From: Prochlorococcus sp. AG-418-F08
GTDB lineage: Bacteria > Cyanobacteriota > Cyanobacteriia > PCC-6307 > Cyanobiaceae
Direction: 5' to 3'
Assembly: GCA_003214295.1 (NCBI GenBank)
Contig: QCLV01000005.1
Location: 3,312 to 67,311, forward strand
DNA: 64,000 bases
Positions within the stretch are counted from its first letter, which is position 1; each line of letters starts with the position of its first letter. Made by a program: the position numbers and the translations under genes. This document shows, piece by piece, positions 58,065 to 64,000 of this stretch. The notes beneath the pieces are model-generated. The model was not told the origin of the DNA. It saw only the letters and a program-made list of their open reading frames with translations, and searched no databases.

Positions 58065-59049
58065 AATCTTTTTTAATTAAAACTCTCCCAATAATTTCAT
58101 CTATAGGTGGTTCATTTATAAAAAGGTCTTCAATATCAAAATTATTTAGGATTGTTTTTAATGAAGAAGTAATAGAGTTGTTTTCAACATTTATAGTGAT
58201 TTCATTCTTGTTTTTATTTTTAACACTAAAACCCGAATTTTCCAATTTAATTACATCCTCTTCTGAGCGACAAACTATTAGTATTTCTTTGACAGGAGAA
58301 AGTTTTTTCAATAATAGGTCAAGTTTTCCATCATATGATATTCTCCCTTCGTGAACACATATAACCCTCTTGCATAGCGATGTAATATCTTTCATGTAAT
58401 GGCTAGTTAAGCAGATCGTTGAATTTGTTTCCTTGTTATATTTTTGAAGGAATTTTCTTAAATTCCTCTGTGCATTAATATCTAATCCAAGTGTAGGCTC
58501 GTCTAAAAATAGAATATTTGGTTCATGTATCAAAGCTGCTAGTAATTCTGACTTCATACGTTGACCTAGTGAGAGTTTTCTAACAGGTATGAATAGCTCT
58601 TCATCAATTTCGAGCATTTCTGATAGTTTTTTTATTCTCTTCTTAGCTTCGAACTTATCTAAGTCATATATTGAGGCATTCAAATAAAAGGATTCAATTG
58701 GGGGAAGATCCCAAATAAGTTGTTGCTTTTGTCCCATTATTAAGGTGATATTCTTTAGGAAATTTTCTTTTCTCCTGAAAGGTAAATAGCCTGAAACCAA
58801 AATTGAACCTTCACTTGGATAAATTAAGCCACAAAGCATTTTTAAGATTGTTGTTTTCCCAGCTCCATTAGCACCTAGAAAACCTACTATTTCACCTTCT
58901 TTGATTTCAAAACTTAAATCTTTAATAACTTTTAAACTTTTTGTTTGTCTTCTAAAAAAATGTTTAATTGTTCCTTTTAAACCTGGTTCTTTTGAAGAGA
59001 TATCAAAGGACTTAGATAAATTTCTTACATCTATAATATTTTGTGCCAT
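58054..59049 (-). CDS. ABC transporter ATP-binding protein (efflux type)
   Basis: GANGAGKTT, LSLGQRM, FLDEPT.GLD, TSHYM. Confidence 0.9.
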   Translation of the reverse strand: MAQNIIDVRNLSKSFDISSKEPGLKGTIKHFFRRQTKSLKVIKDLSFEIKEGEIVGFLGANGAGKTTILKMLCGLIYPSEGSILVSGYLPFRRKENFLKNITLIMGQKQQLIWDLPPIESFYLNASIYDLDKFEAKKRIKKLSEMLEIDEELFIPVRKLSLGQRMKSELLAALIHEPNILFLDEPTLGLDINAQRNLRKFLQKYNKETNSTICLTSHYMKDITSLCKRVICVHEGRISYDGKLDLLLKKLSPVKEILIVCRSEEDVIKLENSGFSVKNKNKNEITINVENNSITSSLKTILNNFDIEDLFINEPPIDEIIGRVLIKKDYDI

Positions 59050-59124
59050 TTCATTTTTTAATCTGATATTTTATTTTTAAATCAATTATAAGATTATTTT
59101 ATTCTTAAAAAAATGTTTAACGAA

Positions 59125-59514
59125 TTAAAAAATATCCTTAAAAGATACAACTAGCCAGGATGAAAAGTTAATTGGATTAAGTAACTCGCTTACCTTATTT
59201 TTACTTTCATAATTTAATCCTCCAAAAAAGTTAAATATAAAATTACTATTATCTTTTTTATCATTATTTCTTTTAATTACATTACCCTTTTCATCGAGGA
59301 GGTCAATTTCATCTTCAAAAAACCATTGCTCTTTACCATTAGATAATTGCAATATAACTCCAATACCTTTCCCATCAGTAATTCTGAAATCACCTATCTT
59401 AGCTACTGAAGAAGCATTTATTTCATTAATAACTTCTTTGGAGAGTCTATCTTTTGATAATCCTAAATTTATTTGAACAGAGTCTCCTATCTTTGCCTTA
59501 TCTAAAATTGACAT
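59125..59514 (-). CDS. DUF2862 / PetP-like protein
   Basis: IGD.V, DFRITDGKGIGVIL, WFFEDEI. Confidence 0.7.
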   Translation of the reverse strand: MSILDKAKIGDSVQINLGLSKDRLSKEVINEINASSVAKIGDFRITDGKGIGVILQLSNGKEQWFFEDEIDLLDEKGNVIKRNNDKKDNSNFIFNFFGGLNYESKNKVSELLNPINFSSWLVVSFKDIF

Positions 59515-59584
59515 TTTTAGGTCATTATACTTATTGGTTTAGGGACTATGTGGCTATTCATGAATATTTCTTATATTTTAATAT

Positions 59585-59731
59585 TTATGATTTTTTAAAT
59601 ATAGCTTCAAGGATTCTTTTTATTGAAATTGTTAATATTCTCAAGAAGACAAAAAACAGCCCTAACCATCCTAAAATAACAGCTATTGATAACAAGCTTG
59701 AACCTAGATCACGCTGTAAAAAATTCTGCAT
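59585..59731 (-). CDS. 48-aa single-TM hypothetical protein
   Basis: MQNFLQRDLGSSLLSIAVILGWLGLFFVFLRILTISIKRILEAIFKKS. Confidence 0.5.
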   Translation of the reverse strand: MQNFLQRDLGSSLLSIAVILGWLGLFFVFLRILTISIKRILEAIFKKS

Positions 59732-60098
59732 GAATTTCTAAATTTATATATTTAATTTTATATTAATAACTTAATTAATCAGTAAGAAAAGATAAACATT
59801 CAGATGTTTTTGAAATTATTTTTATGAAAATATTTTTATGGGAATAATTTTTAGGCTAAAATTTAAATAGAAATTTAATTAAATATTTTGGACTTGACTT
59901 TGAATTCTTACATAGGAATTATTTTTATAATTATTGGTCTAATAGTGAGAGTTGAATTAAAATTTTCCATGCAAAAAGAAATCTAAGAAGTTCTATAAAG
60001 ATCTTTAAATACTATATTTTCCGCATTTCACAATAATCTATAAAATAATGAGGAAAGAAAAGCAAGCATCTATCTTGTTAAAGCACTGTATTTGTAAT

Positions 60099-60120
60099 AA
60101 AAAAACCCCCAAAAGGAGGC
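60099..60120 (-). terminator. terminator downstream of tRNA
   Basis: GCCTCC-TTTT-GGGGGT then T tract on the minus strand. Confidence 0.55.
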
Positions 60121-60129
60121 TATGACAAT

Positions 60130-60206
<77 letters not shown>

Positions 60207-60251
60207 TCATATACATAGCATACATCTGAAAGGGGTTATTTTTCTAATATT

Positions 60252-61217
60252 TTAGGATTCTTGGAATTTTAATTGACCTTTAACTTCAATTCTTACTCCT
60301 TCAGAAAAATTAAAGACCTTCTCTTCAATGTCTTGAATTCTTAAGTCAGATATCCACTCTAATTGTTTTAACAAATGAAGACTAACAGCATGTTTGGCTC
60401 TTTTTGAACCATCTTCTACTTTTAGAGCTAATCCTATCCCTTCATTCACCTTACAGATGCACTGGATCCCCTCGGCACCACCTTTACTTATAACTTGTCC
60501 ATGAGAAGATTTAATGATTTCAGTATCAAATTTATTGTTATCACTTATCATTATTGGGTTAGTAGTCATAGCTCTACTAATTTGTTCTAATTCAGGATTA
60601 TCTGAACTGCTCAGAAGTGAATATAGCTTGGACATTTCTGATAGTTTTAAATATAGAGTTGGAGCTCCGCAATCATCACGTTCTGCGTTTATTTCAGAAA
60701 ATGGAACATCAAGTAATTCAGAAACAATTCTGAATATTTCAATTTGAAGCGGATGATTACCTTTTAAGTAAGTATCTAGAGGCCAATTCATTTTTTTGCA
60801 AGTAGCTAAAAAAGCAGCATGTTTACCTGAGCAATTATGTCCTAACGGACTTGTCTTTGATTTTGGACACTTTAGATTACAAATATCTATGTCATATTCC
60901 CATAGAATTTTGAATGCTTCCCTTGAATGAAGTTTTGATCCACTATGTGACCCGCATGCTAATGCAATCGATTTTGAATCATTATTGATTTTTGCAGCAG
61001 CTCCACTGCTAACAAAAGGTATTGCCTGAAATGGTTTTAATGCTGATCTTATGAAACTTTTATATTCTGGATTTCCCGCACACATTAATACTCTTCCTTT
61101 TTTATCCGTAATAACTGCATGGATTTTATGAATCGACTCTATATTTGATCCTCTTATTAAGGTTGCTTGTAGAGGAGGATTATTCGATGTGTATAGGTTT
61201 TTGAAGTTTGAACTCAT
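60252..61217 (-). CDS. L-asparaginase II family protein
   Basis: RSALKPFQA, ACGSHSG, HNCSGKH, DDCGAP, SKGGAEG, KVEDG. Confidence 0.9.
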   Translation of the reverse strand: MSSNFKNLYTSNNPPLQATLIRGSNIESIHKIHAVITDKKGRVLMCAGNPEYKSFIRSALKPFQAIPFVSSGAAAKINNDSKSIALACGSHSGSKLHSREAFKILWEYDIDICNLKCPKSKTSPLGHNCSGKHAAFLATCKKMNWPLDTYLKGNHPLQIEIFRIVSELLDVPFSEINAERDDCGAPTLYLKLSEMSKLYSLLSSSDNPELEQISRAMTTNPIMISDNNKFDTEIIKSSHGQVISKGGAEGIQCICKVNEGIGLALKVEDGSKRAKHAVSLHLLKQLEWISDLRIQDIEEKVFNFSEGVRIEVKGQLKFQES

Positions 61218-61712
61218 TTAGAAATTAATATTTTGAAATAGCAAAACTCCTGATAAAGCAAAGACTGAAATAATAGAAGTAATTTGTATTAAATTTTTTA
61301 AGATAGGTTTTACCTCTATTGAAGCGATAAGTGATTCTTTTTCTTTTAAAATTAATGGCTTTATCCAAACTTGACCGTCATACCAACCTGATTCTTCATA
61401 CTCAACTCTTTCAGATGTCAATCTCTTGAATACATGATTCCAACCAAGATATAACCTTATAGAAATTAAGATGGGTATTGATAAACTACAAAAAAGACTT
61501 AATAAAATATATTTTAGAATGGATGTTTTGAAATATATACTTCCTGAAGAAATAACAATAAATAGTATGAAAGCTCCAACCCAGAATTTAATCAATACGA
61601 GAATCAACGATTTTTTTGTTTTTGGCCAAGAAAAAATAACAGATTTTGATAACTCAATGAATTCATTTGTGGGTTGTTGCTCTCTAGGTACAGGGCATTT
61701 AGGTTCGTTCAT
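61218..61712 (-). CDS. CGLD27 / Ycf36 (DUF1230) family protein
   Basis: CPVP.EQQP.NE, RLYLGW, V.YEESGWYDGQ.W.KP; start set to 61712. Confidence 0.88.
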   Translation of the reverse strand: MNEPKCPVPREQQPTNEFIELSKSVIFSWPKTKKSLILVLIKFWVGAFILFIVISSGSIYFKTSILKYILLSLFCSLSIPILISIRLYLGWNHVFKRLTSERVEYEESGWYDGQVWIKPLILKEKESLIASIEVKPILKNLIQITSIISVFALSGVLLFQNINF

Positions 61713-61719
61713 AAAATAA

Positions 61720-62064
61720 TTAGGGAAATGTAAGATTATCTCCATTACTCCAAAATGATTCGAGGTCATAAAACTTTCTTACTTCAGGTTGGAAAATATT
61801 TACAATCAAATCACCATAGTCTAGTAAAGCCCATTTTGCCTCATTAACACCTTCTTTTCTTATCGGTTCGACTTTAGCTTTCTCTCTAAGCTCGCCTTCT
61901 ACAGAATTAGTTATTGATCTAACTTGTACATCGGATAATCCTTCTGCAATCAATATCCATTCACTTATGAAAGAAACTTTGTCAATTTTTATGAGTTTTA
62001 TATCTTTTGCCTTTTTGTTATCACAAGCTTTAGCTGCCATTAAAACCAAACTTTTATTGTCCAT
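61720..62064 (-). CDS. rsfS: ribosome silencing factor
   Basis: A..D.KKA.DI, S..QVR.I, EG....WALLDYGD..V, R.FYDLE.FW; start set to 62064. Confidence 0.92.
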   Translation of the reverse strand: MDNKSLVLMAAKACDNKKAKDIKLIKIDKVSFISEWILIAEGLSDVQVRSITNSVEGELREKAKVEPIRKEGVNEAKWALLDYGDLIVNIFQPEVRKFYDLESFWSNGDNLTFP

Positions 62065-62692
62065 AAACATTTTCACTTGAGACTGAATTGTCTGTACCTT
62101 CTTGCTGTGATAATTCTGATCTAGCTTTTTCTGCACTTTTTCTTAAAGCATCTAATCTATCCTCAAAAAAACTTCTTTTTTTCTTTTTTCTAGTATTGTC
62201 AATTAACTGTTTTAAAGCTCCACCTAAGCTCTTGTAAGCATTTGGGATACTATAACCAAATCTACAAGCAAGATCTATAGCTCTTTCATCTGCAAAGATA
62301 GCATCTTGAAGTTTTTTTTCGGAATTATTTTTTATATATAGTCTATATCCAGCAAAACCTGATAAACCAAGGGCAAGTAACAGTAGTAATCCATCTTGTA
62401 CCCATAATTCTCCTATCGCTCCTCCAAGGCCAATGGCTAGAGCGGCCATTTCCCATCCATCTCTAGGAATTGAATCATTTTGAATTTTCCCAACTTCATG
62501 CCAAAATAATAAATTTCTGTGGTCAATTGCAAAGTTATCCCATTCTTCTAAATTTATTTGTATTTCTATTTCGTCTCGACCAATTTCTTCAAGTGTTATT
62601 AAGGGTGGATCTATAGCAGCAGCAGCTTCAACAAATACCCAGCTTTGGTTTTCTGGAGGCAACAAACTTTTAAGTCGCTGAAGTTCGCTCAT
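62054..62692 (-). CDS. DUF3318 family protein
   Basis: RL..LLP, RNLLFWHEV, ADE.A...A...GY....AY..L. Confidence 0.8.
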   Translation of the reverse strand: MSELQRLKSLLPPENQSWVFVEAAAAIDPPLITLEEIGRDEIEIQINLEEWDNFAIDHRNLLFWHEVGKIQNDSIPRDGWEMAALAIGLGGAIGELWVQDGLLLLLALGLSGFAGYRLYIKNNSEKKLQDAIFADERAIDLACRFGYSIPNAYKSLGGALKQLIDNTRKKKKRSFFEDRLDALRKSAEKARSELSQQEGTDNSVSSENVYGQ

Positions 62693-62799
62693 AAAAAATT
62701 ATTTTCTTTCAATACTATAGAAACAAATGTTGCTTTTCAAGTAACTTGATTAACATCTGATGATTTATAAGTAGCATGAGATAAATAAAGGTTTAAATT

Positions 62800-64000
62800 A
62801 TGCCTCAAAGAGGTGATCTTAAAAAAATTTTAATTCTAGGTTCAGGACCAATTGTTATAGGACAAGCTTGCGAATTTGATTATTCTGGTACGCAAGCTTG
62901 CAAAGCTTTAAGAAAAGCCGGTTATGAAATTATCTTGATAAATTCAAATCCTGCATCTATCATGACTGATCCTGAGATAGCTAGTAAAACATATATTGAA
63001 CCATTGACTCCTGAAATTGTCTCGCAAATTATTTTAAAAGAAAAACCTGATGCAATTCTCCCTACTATGGGAGGTCAAACTGCTTTGAACCTTGCAGTTA
63101 ACTTATCAAAGTCAGATTTTTTAAAAAAAAATAATGTTGAATTAATTGGTGCTGATTTGAGAGCAATTAATAAAGCAGAGGACAGAAAATTGTTTAAAGA
63201 ATCGATGGAAAAAATAAATGTAAATGTTTGCCCATCTGGGATTGCATCTAACTTGGATGAAGCTAAGGAGGTATCAAAAAAAATTAATTCCTATCCTCTA
63301 ATAATAAGACCCGCATTTACTTTGGGTGGTGTTGGTGGTGGGATTGCTTTTAACCTCGAAGAATTTGTCAATTTATGTGAGACAGGTTTAGAGGAAAGTC
63401 CAAGTAATCAAATTTTGATTGAAAAATCACTTATTGGATGGAAAGAGTTTGAATTAGAGGTGATGAGAGATACTGCAGATAATGTAGTAATAGTCTGCAG
63501 CATTGAGAATTTAGATCCTATGGGTGTCCATACTGGAGACTCGATTACTGTAGCCCCTGCGCAGACTTTGACGGATAAAGAGTATCAAAGACTAAGGGAC
63601 TTGTCATTGAAGATCATAAGGGAGGTAGGAGTTGAAACTGGAGGGAGTAATATTCAATTTGCATTAAATCCAACTAACGGAGAAGTAATTGTCATAGAAA
63701 TGAATCCTCGTGTGAGTAGATCCTCTGCTTTGGCAAGTAAAGCAACTGGATTCCCCATTGCTAAGATTGCAGCTTTATTATCTGTTGGTTATACACTTGA
63801 TGAAATTATAAATGACATTACCAAAAAAACACCTGCATGTTTTGAACCATCAATTGATTACGTTGTTACCAAAATTCCTAGGTTTGCTTTTGAAAAATTT
63901 AAAGGCTCCTCAGATACCCTAAGTACTGCTATGAAATCCGTAGGAGAGTCAATGGCAATAGGTAGATGTTTTGAAGAGTCATTTCAGAAAGCATTAAGGT
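62800..64000 (+). CDS. carB: carbamoyl-phosphate synthase large subunit (3'-truncated by window)
   Basis: [65 protein letters not shown]; frame open to window end. Confidence 0.97.
   Translation, partial: MPQRGDLKKILILGSGPIVIGQACEFDYSGTQACKALRKAGYEIILINSNPASIMTDPEIASKTYIEPLTPEIVSQIILKEKPDAILPTMGGQTALNLAVNLSKSDFLKKNNVELIGADLRAINKAEDRKLFKESMEKINVNVCPSGIASNLDEAKEVSKKINSYPLIIRPAFTLGGVGGGIAFNLEEFVNLCETGLEESPSNQILIEKSLIGWKEFELEVMRDTADNVVIVCSIENLDPMGVHTGDSITVAPAQTLTDKEYQRLRDLSLKIIREVGVETGGSNIQFALNPTNGEVIVIEMNPRVSRSSALASKATGFPIAKIAALLSVGYTLDEIINDITKKTPACFEPSIDYVVTKIPRFAFEKFKGSSDTLSTAMKSVGESMAIGRCFEESFQKALR

Overview
Very AT-rich chromosomal window whose gene set, small-RNA motifs and codon style point to a high-light Prochlorococcus (inference, no database search). 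The left end (hom 3' end, peptide/nickel ABC SBP and permease) and right end (tRNA-fMet, asparaginase II, CGLD27, rsfS, DUF3318, carB 5' part) are core genes. Between them lie: (i) a circularly permuted ATP-grasp / alpha-E / transglutaminase operon behind an NtcA-type box, with no Anbu peptidase; (ii) a zinc locus (WD40, COG0523/CobW GTPase, His-repeat znuA, znuC, zur, znuB) with two Zur-like boxes and zur lying antisense between znuC and znuB; (iii) about 40 kb of island-like DNA dense in small hypothetical and membrane proteins, with Yfr1/Yfr10-type and Yfr2-family sRNAs, stress genes (OsmC, two fibrillins, MAPEG, Gpx), nucleases (Mrr, HNH), nucleotide-salvage genes and scattered housekeeping genes (dusB, purT, pepN, rpsU). 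No integrase, transposase, prophage or CRISPR array is visible. Most notable: an apparently homologous ~120-aa insertion shared by periplasmic ZnuA and cytoplasmic CobW, a twin-CX3C microprotein beside the zinc locus, and an NtcA-type promoter in front of a 26-aa ORF absent from the ORF track.
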